Below, one piece after another: positions 1-12,130 of a stretch of DNA of 64,000 bases. The translations under genes were made by a program, and so were the position numbers. The stretch comes from an uncultured Chloroflexia bacterium. Lineage in GTDB: Bacteria > Chloroflexota > Limnocylindria > Limnocylindrales > CSP1-4. Within the stretch, counting starts at the first letter, position 1. The number at the start of each line of letters is the position of its first letter. Under the pieces are notes generated by a model, which was given only the letters and a program-made list of their open reading frames with translations, ran no database searches and was not told where the DNA came from. The DNA lies in contig OY970185.1 of NCBI GenBank assembly GCA_963708015.1, positions 471,402 through 535,401 of the forward strand, given 5' to 3'.

Positions 1-105
1 CTCGGCCGCCTGGCGCCGCTCATCCCCGTCGGGGCAGCCTGCCTGATCTTCGCCCTCGGGATGTGGCTGACGAGCCAGGCGATCCTGACCGGACCCGCCT
101 ACTGA
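1..105 (+). CDS. 3-prime end of an upstream CDS entering the window; hydrophobic C-terminus ...LIPVGAACLIFALGMWLTSQAILTGPAY, probable membrane protein
   Basis: Open frame from window edge to TGA at 103-105, overlapping the tldD start; hydrophobic composition only. Confidence 0.25.
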   Translation, partial: LGRLAPLIPVGAACLIFALGMWLTSQAILTGPAY

Positions 106-1580
106 GGGTCAGGCCTGCTATCGTGCCGCCGATGCCAGAGTTGACCGACCGCGCCCTGTCGACGGCCACGACCCGGGGAGCAACCTACGCCGATGTCCGG
201 ATCGTCCACCGAGTGGACGAGTCGATCAGCGTCAAGTCCGGCCGGGTCGAAGGGGTTGCCTCGGGCGAGAGCGAGGGCTTCGGCGTTCGGGTCCTGGTCG
301 ACGGGGCGTGGGGCTTCGCCTCGAGCCACCGGCTCGAGGCAGCCGAGGTCGATCGGGTCGCGGCCGAGGCCGTCCGGATCGCCCGCGCCTCGGCCACCGC
401 GCTCCGCAACCGGGTCCGGCTCGACGAGCGGCCGGCGGTCCGCGGCACGTTCGCGACGCCGGTCGGCGAAGACCCGTTCAAGGTCCCGCTCGAGACGAAG
501 ATCGGCGACCTGCTGGCGGCCGACGAGGCCGCTTCGGCCGTCGCCGGGATCGCCTTCACCGAGTCGATGTACGCGGCCCAGCGCGACCACACGATCTTTG
601 CCTCGACCGAGGGCAGCCAGACCGAGCAGACGATCACCCACGTCGGCACGGGACTCGAGACGAACGCGATCGAGGGCGACGAGCACCAGCGCCGGAGCTA
701 TCCGGATGCGGGCGGGGGCTGGCAGTCGGGCGGCTACGAGTACGTCCGGAGCCTGCGCCTGGTCGACCACGCCGAGGAGCTGTCCGAGGAAGCCGTCGCC
801 CTGCTGAGCGCGCCGCAATGCCCATCGGGCCGGATGACGATCATCCTCGACCCGTCCCAGCTCTATCTCCAGGTCCACGAGAGCTGCGGCCACCCGACCG
901 AGCTCGACCGGGTCTTCGGCACCGAGGCGTCCTATGCCGGGACAAGCTTTCTGACGACCGACAAGCTCGAGTCGGGCTTCCGCTACGGCTCGGACCTGAT
1001 CGACATCACGGCCGACGCCACCGCACCCGGCGGCCTGGGCACGTTCGGCTGGGACGACGAGGGGGTGCCGGCCCAGGCCGTGCCCCTGATCAAGGAAGGG
1101 ATCCTGGTCGGCTACCTCAGCAGCCGCGAGACCGCCCCACGGATCGGCCGTCGCTCCGGTGGCGCGATGCGGGCCGACGGCTGGAATCGGATCCCCCTGA
1201 TCCGGATGACGAACATCAACCTCCTGCCCAAGCCGGGGATGAGCCTCGACGAGATCGTGGCCGACACGGACGACGGCCTGTACCTCAGCTCGAACCGGAG
1301 CTGGTCGATCGATGACCGTCGGCTGAACTTCCAGTTCGCGACAGAAGTCGCCTACGAGGTCAAGGGCGGCCGCAAGGGCCGTCTGTTCAAGAACCCGACC
1401 TATACCGGGATCACCTACGAGTTCTGGCGTTCGTGCGATGCGGTCGGCGACGAGCGGAGCTACGTGATGCTCGGCACGCCCAACTGCGGCAAGGGTGAGC
1501 CGGGCCAGACCGGCCATGTTGGCCACGCCGTCCCTGGGGCCCGGTTCCGGAACGTTCAGGTCGGGGTCGGAAAATGGTGA
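63..1580 (+). CDS. tldD: TldD family zinc metalloprotease
   Basis: 505-aa ORF with GTG start; typical TldD N-terminus (YADVRIVH...ESEGFGVRVLVDGAWGFASS) and HESCGHPTELDR metal-binding motif; followed by pmbA. Confidence 0.85.
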   Translation: MADEPGDPDRTRLLRVRPAIVPPMPELTDRALSTATTRGATYADVRIVHRVDESISVKSGRVEGVASGESEGFGVRVLVDGAWGFASSHRLEAAEVDRVAAEAVRIARASATALRNRVRLDERPAVRGTFATPVGEDPFKVPLETKIGDLLAADEAASAVAGIAFTESMYAAQRDHTIFASTEGSQTEQTITHVGTGLETNAIEGDEHQRRSYPDAGGGWQSGGYEYVRSLRLVDHAEELSEEAVALLSAPQCPSGRMTIILDPSQLYLQVHESCGHPTELDRVFGTEASYAGTSFLTTDKLESGFRYGSDLIDITADATAPGGLGTFGWDDEGVPAQAVPLIKEGILVGYLSSRETAPRIGRRSGGAMRADGWNRIPLIRMTNINLLPKPGMSLDEIVADTDDGLYLSSNRSWSIDDRRLNFQFATEVAYEVKGGRKGRLFKNPTYTGITYEFWRSCDAVGDERSYVMLGTPNCGKGEPGQTGHVGHAVPGARFRNVQVGVGKW

Positions 1581-1587
1581 GCCGGTC

Positions 1588-2973
1588 GTGGGTCGCAGCA
1601 CGGTGAGCGATCTCATCGGTATGAAGGATCCGGCGGCCTGGCTTTCGATCGCCGAACAGGTCGTTGAGTTGGCGACCTCCGCCGGAGCCACCCAGGCCGA
1701 GGTCGTGATCCAGGCCGACGATGCGGCCCTGACCCGCTTCGCCAACAGCGAGATCCACCAGAACGTGGCCGAGTCCGACGCCCGGCTGAACCTGCGCTTC
1801 GTCAACGGCCAGCAGATCGGCGTGGCCGCGACCGGGCGATTCGACCGCGAGGGCCTGCGCGCCGTGGTCGAGGCGGCCGGGGCGATCGCCCGGAACGTCG
1901 CCCCGAACGAGGACTTCAGCTCGCTGCCCGGCCCCGGTCCGAGGCCGATCCCGGACCTGCCGGCCGCCTGGAGCCCGGCCACGGCCGAGGCGACCCCCGA
2001 GCTTCGGGCCGAGGGTGCGCGGTCGGTGATCGCCCGGGCCGATGAGGCCGGCGTCGTGGCTTACGGCTCATTCGCCACGACGAGCGAGTCGGTCACCGTC
2101 GCCAACTCGCTCGGCGTCCGGGCCAGCGGTCGGCGGACCTGGTCGCAGTTGATCACGGTCTCGATGGGTCCTGACGGTGGCTCGGGGTATGCCGAGGCAG
2201 CCAATGTCGACGCGACGGCGATCGATGCCGCGGCCATCGGGGCCGAAGCATCCGAGCGCGCTCGATCGATGGCCAACCCGGTCGCCGTCGAGGCCGGCGA
2301 CTACCCGGTCGTGCTCGACACCTATGCCGTCGTCGACGTCCTGGACATGCTGGGCTACCTCGGCTTCTCCGCCCTCGCCGTCCAGGAAGGCCGGTCGTTC
2401 GTCGAGCTGGGCAAGCGGGTCGGCAGCGAGCTCGTGACGATCCGGGACGACGGCTCGGATCCGGTCGGCCTGCCGATGGCGTTCGACTACGAGGGAGTCG
2501 AGAAGCAGCGAGTCGACCTGCTCGTCAAGGGCGTCTGCGCCGGGGTCGTGTACGACGCCCAGACTGCCGCCCGCGACGGTCGCCGGTCAACCGGCCACGG
2601 GCTTCCCGCGCCGAACCCGTGGGGACCGTTCCCGCTGAACATGGTCATGGAGGCCGGGACGGCCAGCCGCGAGGAGCTGATCGGCGGGCTCGAGCGAGGC
2701 CTGCTGGTGACCCGCTTCCACTACACGAACCCGGTCCATCCCAAGCTGGCGATCGTGACCGGGATGACCCGCGACGGGACGTTCCTGGTCGAGCACGGGA
2801 AAATCGTCGGTCCGGTCCGCAACCTCCGCTACACCCAGAGCTACCTCGACGCGATCGCCGGGATCAGCGCCGTGGGACGCGACCGGCGCTGCCTCAAGGG
2901 CTTTCTCGGCGGCGTCGTCGTGCCCGCCGTTCGGATCGACGGCTGGACCTTCACCGGCACGACCGAGCACTAG
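1588..2973 (+). CDS. pmbA: PmbA/TldE family metalloprotease partner
   Basis: TldD/PmbA-fold ORF immediately downstream of tldD; the track ORF start at 1495 would overlap tldD by 86 nt, so GTG at 1588 is preferred (ATG at 1621 is an alternative). Confidence 0.75.
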   Translation: MGRSTVSDLIGMKDPAAWLSIAEQVVELATSAGATQAEVVIQADDAALTRFANSEIHQNVAESDARLNLRFVNGQQIGVAATGRFDREGLRAVVEAAGAIARNVAPNEDFSSLPGPGPRPIPDLPAAWSPATAEATPELRAEGARSVIARADEAGVVAYGSFATTSESVTVANSLGVRASGRRTWSQLITVSMGPDGGSGYAEAANVDATAIDAAAIGAEASERARSMANPVAVEAGDYPVVLDTYAVVDVLDMLGYLGFSALAVQEGRSFVELGKRVGSELVTIRDDGSDPVGLPMAFDYEGVEKQRVDLLVKGVCAGVVYDAQTAARDGRRSTGHGLPAPNPWGPFPLNMVMEAGTASREELIGGLERGLLVTRFHYTNPVHPKLAIVTGMTRDGTFLVEHGKIVGPVRNLRYTQSYLDAIAGISAVGRDRRCLKGFLGGVVVPAVRIDGWTFTGTTEH

Positions 2974-2989
2974 CCCGCCGGTCCGAACC

Positions 2990-5305
2990 CTAGCGCCAGA
3001 TACGGGCCTGGTCGGGGTAGAGGCGCACCCGGCGGTAGGGCTCTCGGCCGCGCGAGCGGGAGACGAGGTTGGCCCGCTCCGCCATCTGGTGCTGGAGGCG
3101 GCGGATATAGGCGCTCTGGGGCGACAGCTCGACCGCCTCCGACCGCTGGATGACCATCCCGATCGCCTCCTCGGTCTCGCGCAGCGCAGCTTCGCGCGGG
3201 TCGAGGGCCAGCGAGAAGATCGAGGTCAGGCTGGCATGCATCTGGACGACGGTGTTGCTCTTCAGGACGTAGACCGGCATCCCCCGGTCCTCCGCCTCGC
3301 GGATGATCGGCGGCTTCGAGCGATATTCGCTGCGGAGAGTCATCACGACGTCTGCCTCGTCGATCGAGTGAGCCACGAAGACCGGCAGCTGCAGCTCCCG
3401 GATCGCCTGCTCGAGACGCTTCCGGCTGACCCCGAAGGGGAGCACCCGGAGCGTCGGCAGGAGCCCCTCGGTGACTTGCAGGATCTGGCCTGGACCCGAG
3501 TCCAAAGCACGCCCTGATTGATCGCCGTCGTCGTCAGGGTCATCGTCGAGCCCGGAGGCCAAGGCACCGGAAGCCGAGCCACCGGAGGCCGCTGGCCCAG
3601 AAGCCAAGGCCTCGGACGAGCCATCCCGTTGGGTGGATCTGCCCGAGCCCTCGTCATCGGTCCCAGAGCTGCCGTCGAGCTCCGGGGCGTTGACCGGGGC
3701 CGTTCCCTCATCGGCCTTGAGGGCGGTCAGGGCCCGGCTGGCCTGATCGCGCCAGGCAGCCTGGCGCCCGCGCTCGCGCAGCTCGCGGGCCGGAACGTCG
3801 GTCGGCAACGGAGCACCGCGCTCGAGCGGCCCGCGGTCGGCGATCTCGCCTGCAATGAACGGCAGGTCGGCCACCGGCCCAGCCGAGGACGAGGCCGGGC
3901 CGGACCCGGCGCCGCGCGGTCCGCCGAGGCTGCCCCGGCCGCCGGAGCCACCGCCGGGTCCGGCTCGGCCTGGTTCGACGGCAAAGCGCTCCCCCGGCAT
4001 CATCCCCGCTCCTGGATCACCCGGCCGGCCGGGCCCGCCTAATCGACCGCGCGGATTCGACTCGCGGGTCGTGCCACCTCGGGTCTGCCGCCAGCCGCCG
4101 CTCGCGCCCGGCCGGTAACCCGAGCGATAGCCACCCGCTCCGGCGCCCGCCCCAGCATCGCGATAGCCGCCACTCCGGTAGGTGCTCTCGCCCCGCCAGC
4201 CCGGCTCCACCCCCCATGGGCTGCCCGTTCCGATCAGCCCGGCGAAGCGTTCGCTGCCGAGCGTCTCGCGTGGAGACGGGCGCGGCCGCGACTGGGACCG
4301 GTGGACGCCCTCCTCGTCGCGCCAGCGCAGCTCGGGGGCGACCGGGTTGCCCCGGAGCATCTCATCGACCGTCTCGGCCACGTCGGCATGGACGATCACC
4401 CGCTCGCGGTCCTGGATCTCGATGATCACGTCGAAGGTGGGCGGCTGCTTGCGCTCGAGAACGCTCTTCTGTGAGCGCCGGCGGCGGGCTTCCTCGTCGC
4501 CCAGGGTGACGCTCTGGATCCCGCCGATCAGGTCGGACAGGGTCGGGTTCAGCATCAGGTTGTCGAGGTTGTTGCCGTGGGCCGTGCCGATCAGCTGGAC
4601 GCCCCGCTCGGCGATCGTGCGAGCCGCCTGGGCCTCCAGCTCGGTCCCGATCTCGTCGATCACGATGACCTGGGGCATGTGGTTCTCGACCGCCTCGATC
4701 ATCACCTCGTGCTGCAGCGACGGAGTCCTGACCTGCATCCGGCGGGCCTTGCCGATCGCCGGGTGGGGGATGTCGCCGTCGCCCGCGATCTCATTGCTCG
4801 TGTCCACGACGACGACCCGCTTGCCCATGTCGTCGGCCAGGACGCGGGCGGCTTCGCGCAGCATTGTCGTCTTGCCGATACCCGGCCGGCCCATGATCAG
4901 GATCGACTTCCCGCTCTCGACGAAGTCATTGATGATCTCGATCGTGCCGAAGACGGCCTTGCCGATCCGGCAGGTCAGGCCGACGATCTTGCCGCTCCGA
5001 TTGCGGATCGCGCTGATCCGGTGGAGCGTTCGCTCGATCCCTGCCCGGTTGTCGTCGCCGAACGTGCCGATGTGATCCACGACGTAGGCGATGTCCAATT
5101 CCCGGATCTCGCGCTCGAGCAGGGTCACCTCGCTGTTCGGGAAGCGCGCCTCGGGACGCCGACCGAGGTCGAGCACGACCTCGATCAGGCTCGACTGGTC
5201 GGTCAGGCCGTGGACCGCCTCGACCACCTCCGGCGGCAGGGCCGCGAGGAGCAACTCGAGGTCATCCATCGATTCGCGGTCAGGGCTGGCGGGCGATGAG
5301 GTCAC
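2990..5305 (-). CDS. AAA-family ATPase with C-terminal R3H-like motif (Ycf45/SpoIIIAA-like), carrying a roughly 250-aa Gly/Arg/Ser-rich low-complexity insert
   Basis: Walker [10 protein letters not shown], Walker B VIVIDEIG; C-terminal RRLQH (RxxxH) motif; long disordered G/R/S/P/D-rich segment between ATPase core and C-terminal domain. Confidence 0.65.
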   Translation of the reverse strand: MTSSPASPDRESMDDLELLLAALPPEVVEAVHGLTDQSSLIEVVLDLGRRPEARFPNSEVTLLEREIRELDIAYVVDHIGTFGDDNRAGIERTLHRISAIRNRSGKIVGLTCRIGKAVFGTIEIINDFVESGKSILIMGRPGIGKTTMLREAARVLADDMGKRVVVVDTSNEIAGDGDIPHPAIGKARRMQVRTPSLQHEVMIEAVENHMPQVIVIDEIGTELEAQAARTIAERGVQLIGTAHGNNLDNLMLNPTLSDLIGGIQSVTLGDEEARRRRSQKSVLERKQPPTFDVIIEIQDRERVIVHADVAETVDEMLRGNPVAPELRWRDEEGVHRSQSRPRPSPRETLGSERFAGLIGTGSPWGVEPGWRGESTYRSGGYRDAGAGAGAGGYRSGYRPGASGGWRQTRGGTTRESNPRGRLGGPGRPGDPGAGMMPGERFAVEPGRAGPGGGSGGRGSLGGPRGAGSGPASSSAGPVADLPFIAGEIADRGPLERGAPLPTDVPARELRERGRQAAWRDQASRALTALKADEGTAPVNAPELDGSSGTDDEGSGRSTQRDGSSEALASGPAASGGSASGALASGLDDDPDDDGDQSGRALDSGPGQILQVTEGLLPTLRVLPFGVSRKRLEQAIRELQLPVFVAHSIDEADVVMTLRSEYRSKPPIIREAEDRGMPVYVLKSNTVVQMHASLTSIFSLALDPREAALRETEEAIGMVIQRSEAVELSPQSAYIRRLQHQMAERANLVSRSRGREPYRRVRLYPDQARIWR

Positions 5306-5449
5306 GGAACCTCCTGGATCTGTGCGGCGAAGGCGGGGCAGGCGAGTCGGCCGGTGTCCGGGCCACGGCCCCGCTACGGGCCAGGGTCCCGGTGCGGGCC
5401 AGGGCCCCGGTACGGGCGGGTGCGAGAAGCGTAGCGAACGGCGCGGATT

Positions 5450-6487
5450 TCATCGAATGGCCGGGACCAGGGCGGGCTCGGCGACGCGGACCATCGCCTC
5501 GCGCAGGAGCAGGGTCACGCTCGACTCGAGCTCGAAGCCGGCCTCCTCGAACCGCCGATCGATCGGTGATTCGTAGGTTCGAACCGTCGAGATCACTCCG
5601 TGCTGGGCCTGCTGTCCGTTGCCCGTCCGGGCGGCGATCACTCCCAGCCCGTACTCGACCAGCGGGGCGACGTCCGATTCGGGCCGGGCCAGGATCCGGA
5701 TGTAGTGCGGCTGATCCTCCTTGGCGACCGCGACCTGGATCAGCGCCGACAGCTCCCGGGCATCACCACCGGCCCCGGCCGCCTGGTCCTGGACGAAGGC
5801 CTCGACGTCGGCGAAGCGCAGGATCGGGGTCAGGCTCGAGCGAGGCACCCGCCAGCCGGCGCCCTGGCGCTCCCAGTCCGGCAGGCGGTAGGCCTCAAGG
5901 CGCTGGACCGGCTGAGGGGTGACCGACGAGTAGAGCCGGGCCAGGGCGAGGGCGTCGAGCGGATCGGCCGGGCGGATCCCGCAGGCGCTCGTCTGCTCGT
6001 CGTCCCACGGCTCGGGCAGGCGTTCGACGGAATCGCGGAAGAGAATCTTCTCCTCGCCGTAGCGGGCGAAGCCGGCCTGCATGAACAGCTCGACGTTGCC
6101 GTCGGCATCGGCGCAGGCGACGTGGAAGCGGAGGGCGCCCCGCCGGGCACCGTCCCGCAGGAGATGCTGGACGAGGCGGAAGCGGATGTCGCCGGCGTCG
6201 ACCTGGCCGATCCCATCGAGCTCGACCACGGTCCACTCGTCGCGGTGGCTGTCGCGCTCGACCCGGAGCAAGCCGCTGATCCGGCGGTCTTCCTCGTAGA
6301 CGTACAGCAGGTCGTTCGGCTGGAACGCGCCGAGGGGCAGCCGGAACAGGCTGAACACGCCCATCCGGGGGCGGGTCACCGGCAGGCCGAGCGACCGGGC
6401 CGCGTCCGTCTGGGCCAGCCGGGACAGCTCGCCGAGCGGGGCGAGGTCGGTCAGGCGGGCCATCCGGACCTTGCCCGCGAGGCTCAT
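5450..6487 (-). CDS. hypothetical protein, possibly tandem GNAT-like fold
   Basis: 345-aa ORF co-directional and tightly spaced after pdxT; no confidently recognised motif. Confidence 0.45.
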   Translation of the reverse strand: MSLAGKVRMARLTDLAPLGELSRLAQTDAARSLGLPVTRPRMGVFSLFRLPLGAFQPNDLLYVYEEDRRISGLLRVERDSHRDEWTVVELDGIGQVDAGDIRFRLVQHLLRDGARRGALRFHVACADADGNVELFMQAGFARYGEEKILFRDSVERLPEPWDDEQTSACGIRPADPLDALALARLYSSVTPQPVQRLEAYRLPDWERQGAGWRVPRSSLTPILRFADVEAFVQDQAAGAGGDARELSALIQVAVAKEDQPHYIRILARPESDVAPLVEYGLGVIAARTGNGQQAQHGVISTVRTYESPIDRRFEEAGFELESSVTLLLREAMVRVAEPALVPAIR

Positions 6488-6511
6488 CGGGAACGGCTCA
6501 TCGAGCGGGCC

Positions 6512-7150
6512 TCATCGGGCCGTCCGCTCCCGGCGGACCGGATGGTGGCGCCGGCCGGAGCCCTCGCCCGGATCGTCGTGCTCGGCGGCCATCGTGGCCA
6601 CCAACCGGTGGAAACGGGTCTCGCCGGCCAGCTCGGGGTGGAAGGCCGTGGCGATCACGTTCTTCTCGCGGACCGCCACGATCCGGCCGTCATCGAGCCG
6701 GGCCATGACGTCGACCGAGGGACCGACCCGCTCGATGACCGGGGCCCGGATGAACACGCCGTGGACCGGCTCCGAGCCGAGCATGGGTACGTCCAGCTCA
6801 TCCTCGAAGGAGTCGAGCTGGCGGCCGAACGCATTCCGCCGGACGCTCACGTCGAGCAGGGGCAGGACGGGCGGCTCGCCGCCTTCGATCTCACGCGCGA
6901 CGAGGATCATCCCGGCGCACGTGCCAAAGATCGGGGCCCCGCTCTCGGCCAGGTCGAGGATCGGCTGGCGGAGGCCCCAGCGCTCGATCAGGCGGCGAAT
7001 CGCGGTGCTCTCGCCGCCGGGCAGGGTCAGCCCGCTGACCCCCTCCAGGTCCTCGGGCAGGCGGACCTCGACCACTTCGACACCGATCGAGCGGAAGGTG
7101 CGGACGTGCTCGACGAAGGCGCCCTGGAGGGCCAGGACCCCGATCTTCAT
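6512..7150 (-). CDS. pdxT: pyridoxal 5-phosphate synthase glutaminase subunit PdxT
   Basis: MKIGVLALQGAFVEH..., catalytic FGTCAGMIL, HPEL motif; start 20 nt after the pdxS stop. The track ORF 6512..7489 is an upstream extension in the same frame. Confidence 0.85.
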   Translation of the reverse strand: MKIGVLALQGAFVEHVRTFRSIGVEVVEVRLPEDLEGVSGLTLPGGESTAIRRLIERWGLRQPILDLAESGAPIFGTCAGMILVAREIEGGEPPVLPLLDVSVRRNAFGRQLDSFEDELDVPMLGSEPVHGVFIRAPVIERVGPSVDVMARLDDGRIVAVREKNVIATAFHPELAGETRFHRLVATMAAEHDDPGEGSGRRHHPVRRERTAR

Positions 7151-7169
7151 CGGTTCGACCGGCCTGGTG

Positions 7170-8057
<888 letters not shown>

Positions 8058-8277
8058 GTGCTGGCTCCGGTGTCTCGGGCGGTCCACGTCGGCCTGGGCT
8101 TGGCCCCGGGGAAACCCCCGATCGAGCGGGCCGGATCGTGTCGCGCCGGTTCGGATTATCGCATGACCCGCGACGGATCCCGGCAAGGAGTCGCCCTCCT
8201 CATGGGTGTTGGGCGCCCGCCTCGGGCCGCGGGCCTGAGCGAGCGCCGGAGCGTGCCGTCAGCGCCGGAGCGTGCCG

Positions 8278-9027
8278 TCAGCGCCGGACAGTTCGGATGA
8301 CCCCGCCCATCAGCTTGAGCGAGCGCCGGGCTGCCGTCGGCGACAGCTCGGACAAGGCGGTCACCAGGCCGAGCACCTCTTCATCGGGCAGCTGGCCGAG
8401 CAGGCGGACGAGCCTCAGGATCGTGTCGTCGGGGATCCGGGCGAGGAGGTCGATCAGGTGCTCGAGCTCGGCCGGCTGGAGCACCGGGACGAGGCCGATC
8501 GCCCGGTTGAACAGGCGCACGAACCAGAGGAACGTGGCAAGCCAGTCGCGCAGGTCGGCCAGCTCGGGATCGTCCGGGTACTCGGTCGCGGCCTGGACCG
8601 CGTCCGCCGCGGTTCGCTCGAGGACGTCGATGATCGGGTCGCCCTCGAGTGCCTTGCGGTGCTCGATCACCCGGCTGAACCAGCGGAAGTGGTCGCCGAC
8701 CGAGGCGTAGGCCGACCCGGCGGGTCCCCGCCGACCGACCCGCCGCGGCTCGTCGACCCGCTCGACCACGCCCCAGCTGATCGCCGCGTCCAGGGCGAGG
8801 CTGGCGGCCCGGTGGCTCAGCCCGAGCGCCTCACGCACCTCGCGCTCGGTCAGCGGCTCGCCCCGGGCCATCAGGTAGATGTGGACCCGGGCGATCGCCG
8901 GCGCGACGCCCCACGACGCGCCCATCTCGCCCCAGGCCTCGGCCAGGTCGCGCCGGATCCCCTCGGCTCGGGCAGCGGAATCCGAGCTCCGAGGCTCGTT
9001 CAGAGCAGGTGTCGCGGCGGTGCTCAC
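8278..9027 (-). CDS. MarR/GbsR-like HTH transcriptional regulator
   Basis: Winged-helix region [33 protein letters not shown]; GTG start at 9027 chosen inside a longer track ORF; divergent from the MCC cluster. Confidence 0.55.
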   Translation of the reverse strand: MSTAATPALNEPRSSDSAARAEGIRRDLAEAWGEMGASWGVAPAIARVHIYLMARGEPLTEREVREALGLSHRAASLALDAAISWGVVERVDEPRRVGRRGPAGSAYASVGDHFRWFSRVIEHRKALEGDPIIDVLERTAADAVQAATEYPDDPELADLRDWLATFLWFVRLFNRAIGLVPVLQPAELEHLIDLLARIPDDTILRLVRLLGQLPDEEVLGLVTALSELSPTAARRSLKLMGGVIRTVRR

Positions 9028-9343
9028 TTGTCCATGGACCGTAGCACGTTTCCGGGTCCATGGCCCGGGGTCCGACGAGCGTCGTCCGCGTCGCGCCGGG
9101 CCGCGCCCCCCGGGTCGCGTCGCGTCGCGCCGGGCGTACAGAACCAGGGAATCGAGCGAACCCCAGCCATCGCGGCGGTCCGGTTCGGCCGAAACGTTCG
9201 CACCCGGCGAACAAGCGCGACAAATGCGCCCCCATGCGCCTGCCGATCCCCGGCCTGACGCCATTCTGTTCGTCGCCAGCGACCGGGCCGGGCGGCGGCA
9301 GGGCTTCGCCTCCGGCGACCCGGCGCGCGACCCGCCCGGGGCT

Positions 9344-10972
9344 ATGATCGAGCCCATGACCGTGCTCCGCAGCCGGCTCGATCCGGCGAGTCCCGAAAGC
9401 CTGGCGAACCAGGCCGCGATGGAGGGGCTCGTCGCCGACCTCCGGTCCCGGCAGGCGCGGGTCAGCGCCAACGGGGCCGGCGGCGACCCGGCTGCGATCG
9501 AGAAGCATCGAGCCCGCGGCAAGTTGCCGGTCCGCGAGCGGATCGACCGCCTGCTCGACCCTGGCTCGGCCTTCCTCGAGCTGAGCCCGTTGGCCGCCGA
9601 CGGGGTCTATGGCCCGGATGGCCAGGATGCGCCGAGCGCCGGGATCGTGACCGGCCTCGGCCAGGTCGAGGGCGTGACCTGCGTGATCGTGGCCAACGAC
9701 GCGACCGTCAAGGGCGGGACGTACTACCCGCTGACGGTCAAGAAGCACCTCCGGGCGCAGGAGGTCGCCCTCGAGAACCGGCTGCCGTGCGTCTACCTGG
9801 TCGACTCGGGCGGGGCATTCCTGCCGCTCCAGGCCGACGTCTTTCCGGACCGCGAGCACTTCGGCCGGATCTTCTACAACCAGGCCCGCCTTTCCGCCGC
9901 GGCCGTTCCACAGGTCGCCCTGGTCATGGGCAGCAGCACGGCCGGCGGGGCCTACGTGCCCGCGATGAGTGACGAGACCGTGATCGTCAAGGGCACCGGG
10001 ACGATCTTCCTGGGCGGGCCGCCGCTGGTGAAGGCGGCGACCGGCGAGGACGTCAGCGCCGAGGACCTGGGCGGATCGAGCGTCCATGCCCGGGTCAGCG
10101 GCGTGGTCGATCACGAGGCCCTCGACGACGAGCACGCGATCGCGCTCGGACGCTCGATCGTGAGCAACCTGAATCGGAAGCCGCCGCCGCTGCCCTGGGA
10201 GCGCCGCCCGCCCGAGCCGCCGGCGGTCGCCCCGAATGGCTCGGCCCATCTCTACCAGGCGATCCCGGCCGACCTCCGCCGGCCACTGGCGATCCGCGAG
10301 GTGATCGCCCGGCTGGTTGACGGCAGCCGCTTCCACGAGTTCAAGCCGCTCTACGGCGAGACCCTGGTGTGCGGCTTCGCCCACCTCGACGGCTACCCGA
10401 TCGGGATCATCGCCAATGACGGGATCCTGTTCAGCCAGTCGGCCCTCAAGGGCGCCCATTTCATCGAGCTGGCCGCCCAGCGCCGGATCCCGCTCGTGTT
10501 CCTCCAGAACATCACCGGGTTCATGGTCGGCCGCGAGTACGAGGCGGGCGGGATCGCCAAGGACGGGGCGAAGATGGTCATGGCGGTCGCCTGCGCCGAG
10601 GTCCCGAAGTTCACCGTGCTCGTCGGCGGCAGCTTCGGGGCCGGCAACTACGCGATGTCCGGGCGGGCCTATTCGCCGCGCTTCCTGTGGTCCTGGCCGA
10701 ACAGCCGGATCAGCGTGATGGGCGGCCGGCAGGCAGCCCGGGTCCTGTCCACGGTCGGCGGGCCGTTCGCCTCGGACGAGGAGCGAGACGCATTCGAGGC
10801 CCCGATCCTCGACCGCTACGAGGCCGAGGGCAGCCCCTATTTTGCGAGCGCCCGGCTGTGGGACGACGGGGTGATCGATCCGCTCGATACCCGGCGGGTC
10901 CTGGCCCTGGGCCTGGCCGCCAGCCTCCACGCACCGATCCGCGAGACGCGCTTCGGCGTCTTCCGGATGTAG
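9344..10972 (+). CDS. mccB: methylcrotonyl-CoA carboxylase beta subunit (acyl-CoA carboxyltransferase, AccD1-like)
   Basis: Carboxyltransferase motifs ([32 protein letters not shown]); start at [10 protein letters not shown] inside a longer track ORF. Confidence 0.85.
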   Translation: MIEPMTVLRSRLDPASPESLANQAAMEGLVADLRSRQARVSANGAGGDPAAIEKHRARGKLPVRERIDRLLDPGSAFLELSPLAADGVYGPDGQDAPSAGIVTGLGQVEGVTCVIVANDATVKGGTYYPLTVKKHLRAQEVALENRLPCVYLVDSGGAFLPLQADVFPDREHFGRIFYNQARLSAAAVPQVALVMGSSTAGGAYVPAMSDETVIVKGTGTIFLGGPPLVKAATGEDVSAEDLGGSSVHARVSGVVDHEALDDEHAIALGRSIVSNLNRKPPPLPWERRPPEPPAVAPNGSAHLYQAIPADLRRPLAIREVIARLVDGSRFHEFKPLYGETLVCGFAHLDGYPIGIIANDGILFSQSALKGAHFIELAAQRRIPLVFLQNITGFMVGREYEAGGIAKDGAKMVMAVACAEVPKFTVLVGGSFGAGNYAMSGRAYSPRFLWSWPNSRISVMGGRQAARVLSTVGGPFASDEERDAFEAPILDRYEAEGSPYFASARLWDDGVIDPLDTRRVLALGLAASLHAPIRETRFGVFRM

Positions 10973-11271
10973 CGGCTAGCTGTGCTTCCCGGGTAGGTTG
11001 TTGACGGCGGAGCCCTCCCCCAGGCTCGGGGGTCAGTGGCCCGGTCTGTCAAACGGTTCGTTGAGGAAGGGTTATTCGGGGTTCGCGGCCCGAGCTCGGT
11101 TGCCGAGCGTCCGTCAAGCCCCGCTCGCGGTGCTCGGCCAGGCTCAGGTTGGGCAGCCCTCGAACGCCTCTGCCAGCAGGAGCCGCTCCGAGTCGACGTA
11201 AGGCGTCTTCCAGGAAGCGTTTGACCGGATCAGGCCTGACCGTCCTCATACAACGTCTCTGGGAATTACAG

Positions 11272-12072
11272 CTAGGCCGCTCGAAGCCGCCAGCGACAGC
11301 CGAGGATCCGTTCGTCCAGATCGATCGACGGCGAGGCCAGGCCGGGGCGGTTCCCCGAAGCCGGGACCCGCAGGTGGATCGTGGCGACAGGCCAGCCCGA
11401 TCCCGGGTCGGGCACGAACCGGACGGTGTGCGGCCCGAGCGCGGCATCGCGCGCGCCATGGCCGGCCAGGGATGGCCGGAACGGCCCGATCCCGACCGTG
11501 CGGAGGTAGCGATCCGTCGCCCGCCGGACGTCCGGCGCCGGGAGCTCGAGCGCTACCAGCCGAACCGGACCGCCGACGGGGTGACGCTGGGCCTCGCGCT
11601 CGGCTCGGTCGGCCGAGCTCCATTCGGCGGCGGCCGGGTCGTGCTCGATCAGGAACGGCGGCTCGAGCGGACCGAGCGGCAAGGCAACGGCCAGCGTCCA
11701 GCGGACGACCCGGCCGTCGGGCCGGACCCGCTCGCCGGCTCGCGGCTCCTGGATCAGGGAGCCTGCCGCTCGCAGGTCGGCGGCCTCATCCGCGATCCGG
11801 TTCGAGACGGCTGCCCAGGTCGCCAGACCCCCGCCGGCATCGGCCGCGGCCAGGACCGGGCGGCCAATCCAGCTCGCCTCGGCCAGCTTCCTGGCCTCGA
11901 CCCCGATCAGCTCGATGAAGGCGTCGCCGAGCCAGATCAGGCGGTTGAACGTGCCCAGGGCGGTGTGTCGGCCGCCCCCGGTCGCCTGCAGGCCGAGGCG
12001 GGCCTCGATCTCCTCCACGGCGGCGTCCGGGTCGGAGCAGGCGATCACGATGTGGTCGATCGCATCGGGCAT
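11272..12072 (-). CDS. VOC (glyoxalase/bleomycin-resistance/dioxygenase-like) family protein
   Basis: MPDAIDHIVIACSDPDAAVEEI... N-terminus typical of a VOC fold; start placed within the long track ORF 11272..12873. Confidence 0.55.
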   Translation of the reverse strand: MPDAIDHIVIACSDPDAAVEEIEARLGLQATGGGRHTALGTFNRLIWLGDAFIELIGVEARKLAEASWIGRPVLAAADAGGGLATWAAVSNRIADEAADLRAAGSLIQEPRAGERVRPDGRVVRWTLAVALPLGPLEPPFLIEHDPAAAEWSSADRAEREAQRHPVGGPVRLVALELPAPDVRRATDRYLRTVGIGPFRPSLAGHGARDAALGPHTVRFVPDPGSGWPVATIHLRVPASGNRPGLASPSIDLDERILGCRWRLRAA

Positions 12073-12130
12073 CGTCCGAGGGTAGCCCAGCCGTCCACGC
12101 CGGGTGGGGGCGGGCCGTACGATGATCGGG

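Noticed and set aside
99-1982. 627-aa ORF antisense to tldD/pmbA, and many similar 300-900-aa antisense ORFs (for example 5600..7222, 6471..8300, 8831..10930, 14204..16648, 16009..17817, 24941..27049, 31515..33941, 42285..44021, 51218..53671)
   Set aside because: They overlap confidently assigned genes on the opposite strand. Their translations are Arg/Ala/Gly/Pro-rich low-complexity sequences typical of stop-poor antisense frames in roughly 70% GC DNA, and they carry no recognisable domains.
10973-11271. About 300-bp non-coding gap after mccB; looked for a riboswitch or ncRNA
   Set aside because: No convincing conserved structure or known riboswitch motif could be recognised by eye. It may just hold the convergent 3-prime ends of mccB and the VOC gene. 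Covariance-model scanning would be needed.
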